Positions 10,080-20,482 of a stretch of 64,000 bases of DNA are shown in pieces; position 1 is the first letter of the stretch; each line of letters starts with the position of its first letter. The translations under genes and the position numbers were made by a program. The stretch spans positions 34,667 to 98,666 of the IMG/VR virus record IMGVR_UViG_3300045996_000470; one strand, written 5' to 3'. The notes beneath the pieces were generated by a model. It ran no database searches and had not been told where the DNA came from. It saw only the letters and a list, made by a program, of their open reading frames with translations. This stretch comes from a virus (lineage: Duplodnaviria > Heunggongvirae > Uroviricota > Caudoviricetes).

Positions 10080-10775
10080 ATGCCAGAGAATAAAGAAAAC
10101 GAAGTTCAGGCTTCAGACCCAATCCTAAGAGAGTTGGTTGAGAGAGTGGAATCACTTCCTCGAACAGACCACATGACTCTTCCTGCGGTTATGGTCAATG
10201 AGATTGACGATGAGACCCGTGCTCGTATGGCGTCCATTAAGGCTGTTAACGATGCTAGAAATCCCGACGATGTAATCGACGAGAGTGGAAAAACTCTAGC
10301 ACAGGTAAGGCGTGAGTTTGAGTTTGGTGTGTCTGAAGAAGACGAAGAAGGTGGAAAACACTCCTTTAAGTTTGAAGAGGGTGAGCACGGTATCCAAAAG
10401 GTTACTGTTATTCCTCCTGTTCATAAGGTTATAAACGCAGAAGGCGAGGTAGAAGAAATTAGTTCTCAGGAAGTAGTTTTCCAGCCAACCCCTGCTAATA
10501 TAGCTCCGGTTGATGCAGACGCTCCTAAGAATCCCGCTGAATTGAGGGAAGCGCAGGGAGAAGACGACAGCGCCCCTACGACCACTAAGGTCAAAGGAGG
10601 GGTTGCCGTTAAAGAAGGAATGACTTCTACGTCTACTGGAGGTGTGGCACCTAGCGCCCCTGCTCCGGGCATGGCTGCTCCATCAACTCCGTCGGCGCCT
10701 TCTAGCGAAGGTACTGCTCCGTCCGGAGGAACCACAGGAGGGACTACTAGCGGAAGCGGTGGAAGCTCCCAGTAA
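10080..10775 (+). CDS. hypothetical acidic protein with Gly/Ser/Thr/Pro-rich C-terminus
   Basis: 231 aa; ribosome-binding site TAAGGAGAATTACT-ATG. Confidence 0.3.
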   Translation: MPENKENEVQASDPILRELVERVESLPRTDHMTLPAVMVNEIDDETRARMASIKAVNDARNPDDVIDESGKTLAQVRREFEFGVSEEDEEGGKHSFKFEEGEHGIQKVTVIPPVHKVINAEGEVEEISSQEVVFQPTPANIAPVDADAPKNPAELREAQGEDDSAPTTTKVKGGVAVKEGMTSTSTGGVAPSAPAPGMAAPSTPSAPSSEGTAPSGGTTGGTTSGSGGSSQ

Positions 10776-10800
10776 TGTATCAAAATCGGTAGTTAACTGA

Positions 10801-10838
10801 TGTCGCGTATGCTTTTGTATGCGCGGCATTTTTGTTTT
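10801..10838 (+). terminator. rho-independent terminator
   Basis: Stem TGTCGCG / CGCGGCA (7 bp, one G-U) with a 14-nt loop, followed by TTTTTGTTTT. Confidence 0.5.
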
Positions 10839-10841
10839 AAG

Positions 10842-10871
10842 TTGACTTTATATAGCGCATATTGGTATAAT
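10842..10871 (+). promoter_or_regulatory. sigma70-like promoter (TTGACT -35, extended -10 TGGTATAAT)
   Basis: TTGACT at 10842-10847 and TGGTATAAT at 10863-10871 (18-nt spacer), 40 nt upstream of the 10914 ribosome-binding site. Confidence 0.45.
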
Positions 10872-10913
10872 TCTAAACTGAGACGATATTAAAATTCAGG
10901 AGAAACATATAAT

Positions 10914-11813
10914 ATGCCAGAGCAGGGCGCAGTTATAGAAGAAATGGAGAAGGCTACGCCTATCTCCACCGCAGCAAAAACGTCCAAACAGGACGAATAT
11001 CAGATGGATTTAGACCCATTCAAGGTCAAAATCAACATTTTCCCAAGTGCCGAAAAAACAGTAGAAGTTACCCACACCCTTCGCAAACCTACGTTTGCAG
11101 AAGAAGAGGCTAGGGAACGTATGATGCCTCTGATTATTTCAGATGCAGGTAAAGTTGATGGGTCAGAAGCTTCGTCAATGAGCTTGGACGACGAGCCAGC
11201 GAATGTAAGACTTTACGATAAGATTGCGCAGTCCGTTAATGGGTATGCTTTGGAGCCGGGGCAAAAACCCAGCGCAGACGAAGTAAGTGTGGACACTATG
11301 ATTAGTGTTAACGGTGAAGAGAAATCCGTTAAAGATTTAATTCCACCTAGCCATAAGAGTGCTGTTATTAATGGTCTCTACCCAGCTAGTTACGAAGTGG
11401 ACTTCGGAGGGGAAGAGTTTTATTTTGCTCTTGGTGGTGGAAGAGAATGGAAAATTAGACAGGAAATCGGTGGAAAGTTTAAGCGTGAAGACGGAACTCT
11501 TTCTCCAGCCGATTACACGGTTTTTTATATTTTCCGTGAGCCAACTCAGGAAGAGAGAAAGAAATTTAGAAGTTCGGCAATTAGTGCAGTTACTTTGAGG
11601 ACTACTTCAGGTAATAAGGACAGGAGAAGTACCAACCTTAAGGTTGTTAGCGACTTGTTCGACGCTTTAATCCAGACCATTGACGGTGCAACCATTGACG
11701 GTGCAACCATTGACGCTAGAGACAAGAAGCAGCTTGAAAAAATTCCAGCTACCTTTAAGAAAGGTGCAATCATCAGGCTAATGAACTTCCTAGAAGCTGA
11801 CTTGTCGGACTAG
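10914..11813 (+). CDS. tail assembly chaperone-like protein (candidate G-type); contains a 15-bp tandem repeat
   Basis: 299 aa directly upstream of the tape-measure region; tandem repeat accattgacggtgca x2.8 at 11676-11717 encodes TIDGATIDGATIDA. Confidence 0.3.
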   Translation: MPEQGAVIEEMEKATPISTAAKTSKQDEYQMDLDPFKVKINIFPSAEKTVEVTHTLRKPTFAEEEARERMMPLIISDAGKVDGSEASSMSLDDEPANVRLYDKIAQSVNGYALEPGQKPSADEVSVDTMISVNGEEKSVKDLIPPSHKSAVINGLYPASYEVDFGGEEFYFALGGGREWKIRQEIGGKFKREDGTLSPADYTVFYIFREPTQEERKKFRSSAISAVTLRTTSGNKDRRSTNLKVVSDLFDALIQTIDGATIDGATIDARDKKQLEKIPATFKKGAIIRLMNFLEADLSD

Positions 11814-12328
11814 AAGCAGCCCTAAGACCCTTCTACGAAAAAAGACTTAGGGCACTTAGAAAACTAGAAGGAAGATGTTGCCCCGGAGAAGCTATCTGTA
11901 CATCAGATAGAAAGGAAGGGGAAATTGCAGGTGTACGTGGAAGGTCTCAAGAGTATACCCTTCAAAACCATTGTCATAACGGCTTTGGGGAGAACGGGGA
12001 GCCTCTTGATTTACTACATGGATTCAAGGAGCCGTGCCAGTACTTTGATACCAAACCAGAAAACGTTCCCGTTAATATAGTCGGAGCAGTTCAAACCGCA
12101 GAAGAGTTCAAGAAGAACAAAATTTTAGGACTGTTGAAGCCCGACTTAGATAGTTTAACTGCTTTTGAATATGAATGTTACAGTATCGCTGAAGAAGCGG
12201 CTGGTCTTATAGAAGCAGAAGAAACTAGGGAAGCTATAAAGAAGGCTAATAATGGAGGAGGCAGCAACACTGCTGAAAAGATAGGCACAGAGCCTGTCAA
12301 GAATGCTTTCTCCGGTTGGGAAGAATAA
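11801..12328 (+). CDS. long open frame with no start codon in the -1 frame relative to 10914-11813: candidate frameshift extension, or a TTG-initiated ORF 12134-12328
   Basis: Frame open for 176 codons from just after a TGA at 11798-11800 to 12328; no ATG/GTG/TTG until the TTG at 12134; stem-loop GCCCTAAG...CTTAGGGC at 11819-11853 immediately downstream of the overlap; no canonical slippery heptamer seen. Confidence 0.3.
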   Translation, partial: LVGLEAALRPFYEKRLRALRKLEGRCCPGEAICTSDRKEGEIAGVRGRSQEYTLQNHCHNGFGENGEPLDLLHGFKEPCQYFDTKPENVPVNIVGAVQTAEEFKKNKILGLLKPDLDSLTAFEYECYSIAEEAAGLIEAEETREAIKKANNGGGSNTAEKIGTEPVKNAFSGWEE

Positions 12329-13024
12329 ATGGCACAAAAAGATTTAATAGGGCAGGTATTTGGAAACCTTACGGTTACTAAAGAAACTATCTATAGAAAG
12401 TATAAACAAGTTGTATGGGAATGTAAATGTGATTGTGGTAATATACATTTAGTTCCTCGTAATTCCTTGTGTAATGGAGATACAAAATCTTGTGGATGTT
12501 TAAAAACCAAAAACTTGTTAGGACGTAGTTTTGGGGAATGGAAGGTTTTATCTAAAATAAATCAGCGTAGTTTACAGGGAAAAATACTTTGGTATTGTAA
12601 ATGTAGCTGTGGAAATACTTCTACTTTAAGTACTAATCAACTAACTTCTGGAAAAACTTCAAGTTGCCAGAAAGGTATTCACAGTTCTTTGTACAGACAT
12701 GGAAAATCTAAAACTAAAGATTATAATAAATTAGTGGAAGGAAAAAGAAGAGCCAATAAAAAACACAACTTAACAAATTCCATTACTGTTAAAGAATTAA
12801 GAGATAGGATTGAATTTTTTGGAAATACTTGTGTATATTGCCAGAAAAATCCACACCAACATTTAGACCACATCATTCCTTTATCTAAAGGAGGGGCTCA
12901 TTCTATAAAAAATTTGGCTCCATCTTGTGCAAAATGTAATCTTAGTAAAGCAAGCAAATTACTCTTCGTTGAGTGGAATCCCGCAAATCCGCACCCTGTA
13001 ATGGAGGAGTTATATGGCAGCTAA
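12329..13024 (+). CDS. HNH endonuclease (homing-endonuclease-like) inserted between the chaperone region and the tape measure gene
   Basis: 231 aa; several CxxC pairs; HNH core HLDHIIPLSKGGAHSIKNLAPSCAKCNLSK. Confidence 0.75.
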   Translation: MAQKDLIGQVFGNLTVTKETIYRKYKQVVWECKCDCGNIHLVPRNSLCNGDTKSCGCLKTKNLLGRSFGEWKVLSKINQRSLQGKILWYCKCSCGNTSTLSTNQLTSGKTSSCQKGIHSSLYRHGKSKTKDYNKLVEGKRRANKKHNLTNSITVKELRDRIEFFGNTCVYCQKNPHQHLDHIIPLSKGGAHSIKNLAPSCAKCNLSKASKLLFVEWNPANPHPVMEELYGS

Positions 13025-16000
13025 AGAACAAGTTATAAGCGTCAGTATGACCCTTAATACCAAGGGCTTCAGCGACGGTCTCGTGCTCACCGATAAACAA
13101 GCAAAAAGTTTTGGAAAAAGTATAGCCAATGCTCTTACCATTGACCCCAAATCCTCAATCAATGCCCTTAAATCTATAGGGGTAGAGAAAGATAAACTAA
13201 TCAAAAATTTCCAACTACTTAATAAGGTAATTAAAGATTCCTTATTGATATCTCCTTCTCAATCCAAGGCAATGAATGATAAAATCAAGGAACTTGGTAA
13301 GAATCTTGATGGTCTAAAAACTAAGTCCTTAGAAACGGCTAAGGCTATGAATAACATCAGGTTTAATGTTGGAGATACAAACAAGAAAATTAAATCTGTT
13401 CAGACTGCTTTAGAAAATCTAAGGAAAGCAGCTACGGCTGTTGGTACTGTGAGCGTTGGAGCTACTGGAGGAACTAGAGGAACGGGGACTACAAGCACCA
13501 GAACAACGGGAGAGACTCCTGCACAAGCTGCGGCTAGACGGGCATCTATACCCGTTAGTCGGCAGGGAGACGAATTTAAGGTTTTAACTCCTCAAGAGAG
13601 AGCACAAGAACAATCAATAAGGGCTGCGCTAGACAAGAGGATGCAAGAACAGAGGGATAAAATCTGGTCAGAGGGTAACAAAAAGATTGCATCCGGCACC
13701 ACCAAAGTCTTTACTGATATGGGTTCATCTGCTTCCAAGGGATTTGCTGACAAGTTCAGAGAACTTAGCAGCCATATGGAGAAAATAGGAAAGCAATCTA
13801 GAAATAAATTTTCGTCTCTTTTCGGTGCTAATTTCTTTGCAGATTTGGCGTCTAATGCAGTACAGAGCTTTGCTAGACAATTAACAGAACTAGGAAAAGA
13901 TACTATCCTTTACGCCGCAAGAACAGATGAGTTGGGAGTCGCCTTGACTTCTTTGGCTAGAGTTAATAATATCGCTACTGAAACCATTGACCAACAAGAG
14001 CAGTCCATTAAAAGATTAAATATTACAACCCAAGATGCTAGAGAAACTTTGGCTAGATTCGTAAACGTGGGTTTTGACCTAAACAAAGCTGCCCCGCTTG
14101 CTAGGGTTGCACAGGACTTGGGTGTTATCACTGGTCTGTCTACCTCAGAAGAGTTAGATAAGTTGGTAGTCGCTATTCAAACTCTACAGTCTCGTAATCT
14201 AAGAACTGCCGGAGTCTTCCTTACAGTTGATGAGGTTCTAGACAAATTATCTGCTACAACAGGTAGAGCTAGAGATTCTTTCTCCACATTAGAGAAGCAG
14301 GAAGCTGTTCTAAATGCTGTTATGACTTATGGTACTAAGGTAGCTGGAACTTATGAAGCTGCTATGGACACTGCTTCTAAGAGAATTCGTTCCTTGGAGC
14401 GTGAGGCTCGTGAAGCACAAAACGCTTTAGGAGAACAATTTCAGCCTGCTTTACTTGCAGGAGTCAAAGCAGTAAGTTTCTTGTTAAATCAGATTAAAGA
14501 TTTTCCCGGTGCTTTTACAGCAGCCCTTCAAACCATAGGTTTATTTTCAGCAGCTCTTATTCTGTTGAACAGTCAGATTATTCCTAGTTTGGTAAGCGGT
14601 GTAATATCTGTTGGTACTGCTATGCTTACTACAGCTAGTAATACCGGTATTCGTGGGTCTGCACAAAGACGAGCTAATGAGGAGATGTTGAGGGGCATTA
14701 AACTGGATATTGAGATGGCTGCCGCCGCAGAGAAGACAGCTAGGGCTAATGCTACCGCTGCTACTAGTGCTATTAACAGGGCTGCATTTGAAAAGCAAGC
14801 TAATAATGCCCTTGCCAAGCAAGCTGAAAAGGAGAGGATGCTTACTGAAACAAGGGTATCTTCGCTTAGTGGAAAGATTTCTGGTGTCTTAGGGACTATT
14901 GGACTCATTGGTGCTGCTGTTTCAACTGTATTCACAGTTGCCACTTTAATAACGGAAAAGCTAAATCAACCTCTACCATTGATTAAACAGGACATTGGGG
15001 CTATTCAAAAGAGTGCAGAAGAAACTGCCACACTTCAGAGAACTTACAATGAATTACAGAACAATACCATTCTTCTTAAAGATGCTGAGTTGACTTTACA
15101 TAAAAGCATCGGCGTAGAAAATAGGGCGTCTTTGATTTTAGCTGAAAAAGAAACAGACGAATATAGAAAGAGGATAGCTTATCAAGACGTTATTCAAAGA
15201 CAAATTGATAGTAACAACCAGAGAAGAAATAGCGAAGTTGCTGCTTCTGCTCAAAATATTATAAATCAATTCAGAAATTTTAGTAAAGAAAGTGATGCTG
15301 CGCAGAAAATAGCCGTACAATATGAGGACATACAGAAGAGACTTAATGCGGTTAAAGAACTTAGAAAAACTAATCCTCAGGCTGTGGGTCTAGAAGATGA
15401 GAGAGCTTTGAATCTTCAGCTTGAAACTATTCTTCCTCAGCAAATAGAACAAATTAAAAAAGCTAATGAAGCTGCTGCTGAATTCTTTAATACTTTAAAG
15501 GATGGGCAGCAGGTTGCCCTAGCCTACGGCTTAACACTGGACGAACTTTTAGAAGTCAGACTATCTGATAGTTTTGCCGCTAATTCTGAAGAGTTAGCCA
15601 AGTTTAATGCCGAAGTTAGAAAGTTCAAACAGCTACAGTTGGTTGATATTTTAAAGCAGATAGAAAAAACATCTCTTACTCCAGAGGAGAGAATAGGTCA
15701 ACTGTCTAAGAGCTTTCAAAAACAGTATAAGGAACAAATAGACCAACTTAATATACAAAGAACCGACCTTTTCAATAAAATGAAGGATAATGAGGCGACT
15801 CAGGAAGAGTTGGAAGCATTTAACAGACAGACGGAGAAGGCTAATCTTAATTTTCCTAAAGCATTTGCGCAAGCTTATGGTAAATCTAATGAAAACCAGA
15901 AAGCATTCTTTAGTACTTTGTCTCAAGGCATTACTCAGCTTGAAACAATAAGTGGAAAGACCCTTAGTTATAGTGAGATAACTAAGGAGTTGGATAAAAC

Positions 16001-19000
16001 TGTTGCACATGCTATAGAGACCGATAAGGCTATGGCTGAAGCTATCACTGAACAAGGAGTTTCCTACGAGTTTCTTATTAAGTTCACTGAAGAGTACATC
16101 ACTGCTTTGCCTAAATTACAGCAAGCTATAAGAGAAGCCAGCTTAGAGATAGATGCCTTCGTCGGAGAGAGTGCGGAGAAAAGGGGACTTTCTTTCGAGT
16201 TAGAAAGTAAAAGAGAAACCTTACAAACCTTGAAAAGCATCAGTAGGCTTCAATTTGAATTGGGGGCTAAACAGTCAGATTTGACTCCTTATAAAAATAA
16301 TATCCAAGCTGCACAAAGACTGGAAGCATCTCTTAAGAGACAGAAGAAACTTCAGGACGAAATCAACGAAGCTAAGGATGCTCAACTAATAGTTGAGAAT
16401 GAGATTGCGGTGTTGAGGGCAAGGCTTGCAATTCCCCTTGTTAATACTGAACTAATGGCTCAGAAGGCTATTCTTGAAACTATCCAAGAGAGGAGAGAAG
16501 AGGAGCAAAAGCTTACCACCGACATAGCTTTAGAAATTACCAAAAGGAAAAGATTTGGCGTGGACAGCGGGAGACTTGTAGCTGAAGCCTTTCTGGAAGC
16601 CCAAAGAGGAGAAAACGAAGCTGTTTCTGGAGCTACTAAGAGTTTTCTTAATGCACAACTACAGCAAGGTAATAATGCTATCTTCACTAACAATCCTCTT
16701 ATAAGAGAAGCTATCAAACAGTCTGAGAAAATGGCACAGATAGAAGCTAAAGGAGGATTACAGGTTGCTAAAATAACAGAGGGTAATGACATTGCTAAGA
16801 ATACACAATCCTTAGTTAAGCAAACTTCTGATAACGTAGTTTCTTCTGGAGAAAAGATAGTGTCCGCTATTCAACAGGCTCCTGCATTTACGGGAGGAGT
16901 AGGGAGCGGGGGATTCCCAACTTTTGGTAATGTTGGTTCAACTCCTAATGCCTTTGCCGCTACTTTCAAAGCTAAGATGCAGAGTCTGGGAATGCAACCC
17001 GGCGCTATTACGTGGATGCTGGCAAATCTCAAGAGAGAAAGTGGATTCGACTTAGGCACTACTCAACGCATTTCTGTAGACCCCATTAATAATGGCAGTA
17101 GAAATGCAGGAGCTTTCCAATGGAATTCTTCTGGAAGATTACAGCAGTATCAGAGATTTTTAGGAAGCAGAGGATTAAATGTTTCTGTTGCCAGAGCCGT
17201 AGACCAAGCCGACTTTATGGGGCAGGAGCTACAAGGTGGTTACAATAGGTTCCTAAGGATTATGCAAACTCCGGGACTAAGTTCAGAGCAATACTATAAA
17301 GCTGCCGCAGGCTATATTGGATTTTCTGATAGTCCAACCAAGAGAGGGCCGGGAGGAAGAACTTGGAGAGAAATCAATAGGAGTAAAAATTTCCAATTTG
17401 CTAGACAACTGGGAGGTATTCCTGACTTTAGCCCTACGGCAGGAGTAATTGCAGAAGCTGTTAAGACAACTCCGTCTACTTCTAAAATTTTGGGTCTGGA
17501 CATCATTAAGAAGACCTATGGGCTGGATATTGCCGACCTTCAAGAACTCACTGGAGGAAAAGGAGGCGCACTCAAAGGTCCAGCAGGGCAAATTCATAGC
17601 ATGTTACTTCAGGCGGCAACACTTAAAGATGCGTTTGGAAAAGTAACCGGAACTCCTAATGATTTTGCTGCGGCCCAATCTTTTACTGATGATATGACAT
17701 CCAGAGTAAAGGCCGTAGATATCAGTAAGGCCACCAGAGCTATAAGGTGGTTTAACCAAAATTCTATTAGAGCCTTAGAAGCCGCAGAGGAATGGGAGAA
17801 GTATGAAACTGAGATTTCCGAAGAAAGAGAGTTTGGTGCCGATAGAAGAAGAACCCAAGACACTATTAACGGACTTAGGCTAATGGCTTTGAATGACCCT
17901 AGAAGTACAGGCTATAGGCAGGCTTTTGGAGAAGCTCGTTCTGCTCGTGTTGCCTCTCAAGTTGACGAGACGAAGGAGCTAATTAAACTTCAAGAGGAAG
18001 GAATTTTTAGAATCTTCCAAGCAGAAGCTTATCGAGCTAGACAAAAGAAAAGATTTGATAGAGACCAAATAATTGCACTTCAGGCTACAGAAGATGCTGA
18101 AACAGACTTAGCTATAAAGAGAGAAGCATATGCAGATAAGAATTCTCTTTATTACAGGAACATTATAAGAAATGAGAGACTTGTAAGAGCGCAGGCTAAG
18201 CAAACTCTAAAAGAAGAGACCGACGCTATCAGAAGATATAATAGAGAGTACCTAAAGAGTGAAGATAACAGAACCCGTATCTTTGAGGAGGCTACTAGAG
18301 ATAGGGAAGCTGCGTATAGGGACTTAGTTGAGTCTATGATTAAGATGGACGAGGCTTATGGTAAGCAAAATATATTTCTTCAGGAGGAATTAGCTGCCCG
18401 TCAAAAAGAGATTAGAAATTCTCAGGAAAGAGAATTTGCGGATACCCGTTTGAGACAACTTGATGCTGAGAACGAATACATTCGTAAGACTACAGACCCA
18501 TTTAATTCTGCTGAGTTTAGAACCAGAGGTCTAGAGAAAATAAATTCAATGATGACGGACAGCACTACGCTAATGTCTAACCTTTTCTCTGATACCTTTG
18601 ATGGAATCTCCCAAGGATTTGGAAGTCTTATTGATAAAATGACCGAGAGAATGGGAATCTTTGGTGGAGCTATCGGTAATCTTTTGAAGGGTATCACTAA
18701 TAATATTTTCGGGGCATTATTTAAGGATGTTTTAGGAGGAATCGCTCCTACTGACCCTGCCGTAGCAGAAGCTATGGGAGGAAAATCTGCTGCGGACAAC
18801 GTTAGCAAGCTTTCGGATGCAGCGGCGACTAGTTATGCTGCACAAATGACTTATAGCAATGCGTTTGTTACGGCTTCAGCGGATATGGCTACAAATGTAT
18901 ACAATCTTAGTGGCTCTATAGCTAACGCTAGTGCGACTATTATTGCAGTAGCGGGAACTTTGGCACAAACTGCTTCTAATATCATCAACGCTCTTCCATC

Positions 19001-20474
19001 CGGTGGGGGAGGTGGAGCAGGAGGAGTCGGTTCTGGCGGAGGCATCAACGGTCTAATAAGAAGTGCCACAACAACTGGTATGAATCAAGTTGCACAGCAA
19101 CAGGCTGCGCTTCCCGGTATTCCTAATATAGCAGACATTGCAACTATTGTTCACGGTCCCGGCTCTAGTGGTATTATTGGTAGTGGTGCGCAGGCAATTC
19201 TTGGTAGAGTTCCTCAGGCAGGAGGAGCTTTAGGGGTACTTCAAGGAGCAGGACAATCTGCTCTTGGTGGAATCCTAGGTGGTCAAGGACTTAAGGCTAT
19301 TGGTGGTTCTCTTCTTGCGGGAGCGCCTATGTTAGGAGCAGGACTTGGCGGATTGCTTGGCGGACAAAGTGCGGGCGGTCAGATGCTTGGACAACTTGGT
19401 GGGCTTCTCGGAGGAGTTGCTGCCATTGGTGCGTTAGGTGCATTAGGTTTTGGAGGAGCTACCGCAGCAGGCTTATTCGGTACTAGCCTAGTTGCTAGCG
19501 GAGGATTAACTACGGTTGGAGGAGTTGGAGGATTATTCGGAGCAGGGGGAGCTTTGGCAGGTATAGGAAGTTTGTTCGGAGGTGTAGGAGGATTCTTCGG
19601 GGCTACCGGAGCAGCCGCTACAGCACTTGGAGCAACCGTTATTCTTGCGCCTATCGCTGCTGCGTTGCTTATTGGTGGAGCGTTGCTTGCACGTAATAAG
19701 AGAAGAAGAGAAGAAGAAAAAATTCGTAATCAGGCTATGCTCGACGCACTCCCTGCCCTTCAGGAATTGCTTAAGGGAGTAAAAACTGATAAAATAGATG
19801 GTACAGAAGCGCTAACTAGAGCCGATGAAATTCGTAAGCAATACGTTGACCAAATGAGTCAGCTTAAGGACAAGAAAACTAGGAACATCGCCCTTAAGGA
19901 TGTTAGTAGACTTGATACAGTTATTGCTGAAATCAAGATAGCTGCTAAGAATCAATCTATCAGAAGAGAATTAGATGAAAGAATGGTTCCGACTTACGCA
20001 ACAGGTGGAGTTGGGTCAGGAGTAATCCGAATTTCTAGGGGAGAGGATTTGTTTGTCCCTCACGCAGCAGGAAGTTTCTCCGGTGCTGATATTGCAGCGG
20101 GCGGAATTCCCGGCTATGCAACTGGTGGAATGTACACCGGAATGAAGTTGAAAGGAAGTTTCGACGGAAGAGATAATATTTTAGCTCGTGTTCCTAAGGG
20201 AACAGTAATCGCAAATCCTCGCCAGTCAACCAAGATAAGGTCGGCAAGGGGATATGCAACAGGTGGGGTTGCGTTTGGTCGTGGAAGTTCTTCTACTGCT
20301 CAGGGAGCTTACATGATGCAACCCCCTTCAGTAACAGCAATTATAGTATTCAGCACTAAGGAAGCTGAGGAACTTGGACGCCAGATTCCAAACTCTGTTA
20401 TTGTAGGCAAAGTAAGACAACACGTTAGGGCTACCGGAACTACCGGACTGGCAGGAGATATCTTTAACGTATAA
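13014..20474 (+). CDS. tail tape measure protein
   Basis: 2486 aa, by far the largest ORF in the tail block; extended coiled-coil content; internal lysozyme/transglycosylase-like segment (~16950-17280: LANLKRESGFDLGTT...AGAFQWNSSGRLQQYQRFL); Gly-rich and hydrophobic segment near the C-terminus (~19000-19700). Confidence 0.8.
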   Translation: MAAKEQVISVSMTLNTKGFSDGLVLTDKQAKSFGKSIANALTIDPKSSINALKSIGVEKDKLIKNFQLLNKVIKDSLLISPSQSKAMNDKIKELGKNLDGLKTKSLETAKAMNNIRFNVGDTNKKIKSVQTALENLRKAATAVGTVSVGATGGTRGTGTTSTRTTGETPAQAAARRASIPVSRQGDEFKVLTPQERAQEQSIRAALDKRMQEQRDKIWSEGNKKIASGTTKVFTDMGSSASKGFADKFRELSSHMEKIGKQSRNKFSSLFGANFFADLASNAVQSFARQLTELGKDTILYAARTDELGVALTSLARVNNIATETIDQQEQSIKRLNITTQDARETLARFVNVGFDLNKAAPLARVAQDLGVITGLSTSEELDKLVVAIQTLQSRNLRTAGVFLTVDEVLDKLSATTGRARDSFSTLEKQEAVLNAVMTYGTKVAGTYEAAMDTASKRIRSLEREAREAQNALGEQFQPALLAGVKAVSFLLNQIKDFPGAFTAALQTIGLFSAALILLNSQIIPSLVSGVISVGTAMLTTASNTGIRGSAQRRANEEMLRGIKLDIEMAAAAEKTARANATAATSAINRAAFEKQANNALAKQAEKERMLTETRVSSLSGKISGVLGTIGLIGAAVSTVFTVATLITEKLNQPLPLIKQDIGAIQKSAEETATLQRTYNELQNNTILLKDAELTLHKSIGVENRASLILAEKETDEYRKRIAYQDVIQRQIDSNNQRRNSEVAASAQNIINQFRNFSKESDAAQKIAVQYEDIQKRLNAVKELRKTNPQAVGLEDERALNLQLETILPQQIEQIKKANEAAAEFFNTLKDGQQVALAYGLTLDELLEVRLSDSFAANSEELAKFNAEVRKFKQLQLVDILKQIEKTSLTPEERIGQLSKSFQKQYKEQIDQLNIQRTDLFNKMKDNEATQEELEAFNRQTEKANLNFPKAFAQAYGKSNENQKAFFSTLSQGITQLETISGKTLSYSEITKELDKTVAHAIETDKAMAEAITEQGVSYEFLIKFTEEYITALPKLQQAIREASLEIDAFVGESAEKRGLSFELESKRETLQTLKSISRLQFELGAKQSDLTPYKNNIQAAQRLEASLKRQKKLQDEINEAKDAQLIVENEIAVLRARLAIPLVNTELMAQKAILETIQERREEEQKLTTDIALEITKRKRFGVDSGRLVAEAFLEAQRGENEAVSGATKSFLNAQLQQGNNAIFTNNPLIREAIKQSEKMAQIEAKGGLQVAKITEGNDIAKNTQSLVKQTSDNVVSSGEKIVSAIQQAPAFTGGVGSGGFPTFGNVGSTPNAFAATFKAKMQSLGMQPGAITWMLANLKRESGFDLGTTQRISVDPINNGSRNAGAFQWNSSGRLQQYQRFLGSRGLNVSVARAVDQADFMGQELQGGYNRFLRIMQTPGLSSEQYYKAAAGYIGFSDSPTKRGPGGRTWREINRSKNFQFARQLGGIPDFSPTAGVIAEAVKTTPSTSKILGLDIIKKTYGLDIADLQELTGGKGGALKGPAGQIHSMLLQAATLKDAFGKVTGTPNDFAAAQSFTDDMTSRVKAVDISKATRAIRWFNQNSIRALEAAEEWEKYETEISEEREFGADRRRTQDTINGLRLMALNDPRSTGYRQAFGEARSARVASQVDETKELIKLQEEGIFRIFQAEAYRARQKKRFDRDQIIALQATEDAETDLAIKREAYADKNSLYYRNIIRNERLVRAQAKQTLKEETDAIRRYNREYLKSEDNRTRIFEEATRDREAAYRDLVESMIKMDEAYGKQNIFLQEELAARQKEIRNSQEREFADTRLRQLDAENEYIRKTTDPFNSAEFRTRGLEKINSMMTDSTTLMSNLFSDTFDGISQGFGSLIDKMTERMGIFGGAIGNLLKGITNNIFGALFKDVLGGIAPTDPAVAEAMGGKSAADNVSKLSDAAATSYAAQMTYSNAFVTASADMATNVYNLSGSIANASATIIAVAGTLAQTASNIINALPSGGGGGAGGVGSGGGINGLIRSATTTGMNQVAQQQAALPGIPNIADIATIVHGPGSSGIIGSGAQAILGRVPQAGGALGVLQGAGQSALGGILGGQGLKAIGGSLLAGAPMLGAGLGGLLGGQSAGGQMLGQLGGLLGGVAAIGALGALGFGGATAAGLFGTSLVASGGLTTVGGVGGLFGAGGALAGIGSLFGGVGGFFGATGAAATALGATVILAPIAAALLIGGALLARNKRRREEEKIRNQAMLDALPALQELLKGVKTDKIDGTEALTRADEIRKQYVDQMSQLKDKKTRNIALKDVSRLDTVIAEIKIAAKNQSIRRELDERMVPTYATGGVGSGVIRISRGEDLFVPHAAGSFSGADIAAGGIPGYATGGMYTGMKLKGSFDGRDNILARVPKGTVIANPRQSTKIRSARGYATGGVAFGRGSSSTAQGAYMMQPPSVTAIIVFSTKEAEELGRQIPNSVIVGKVRQHVRATGTTGLAGDIFNV

Positions 20475-20482
20475 GGAGCAGG

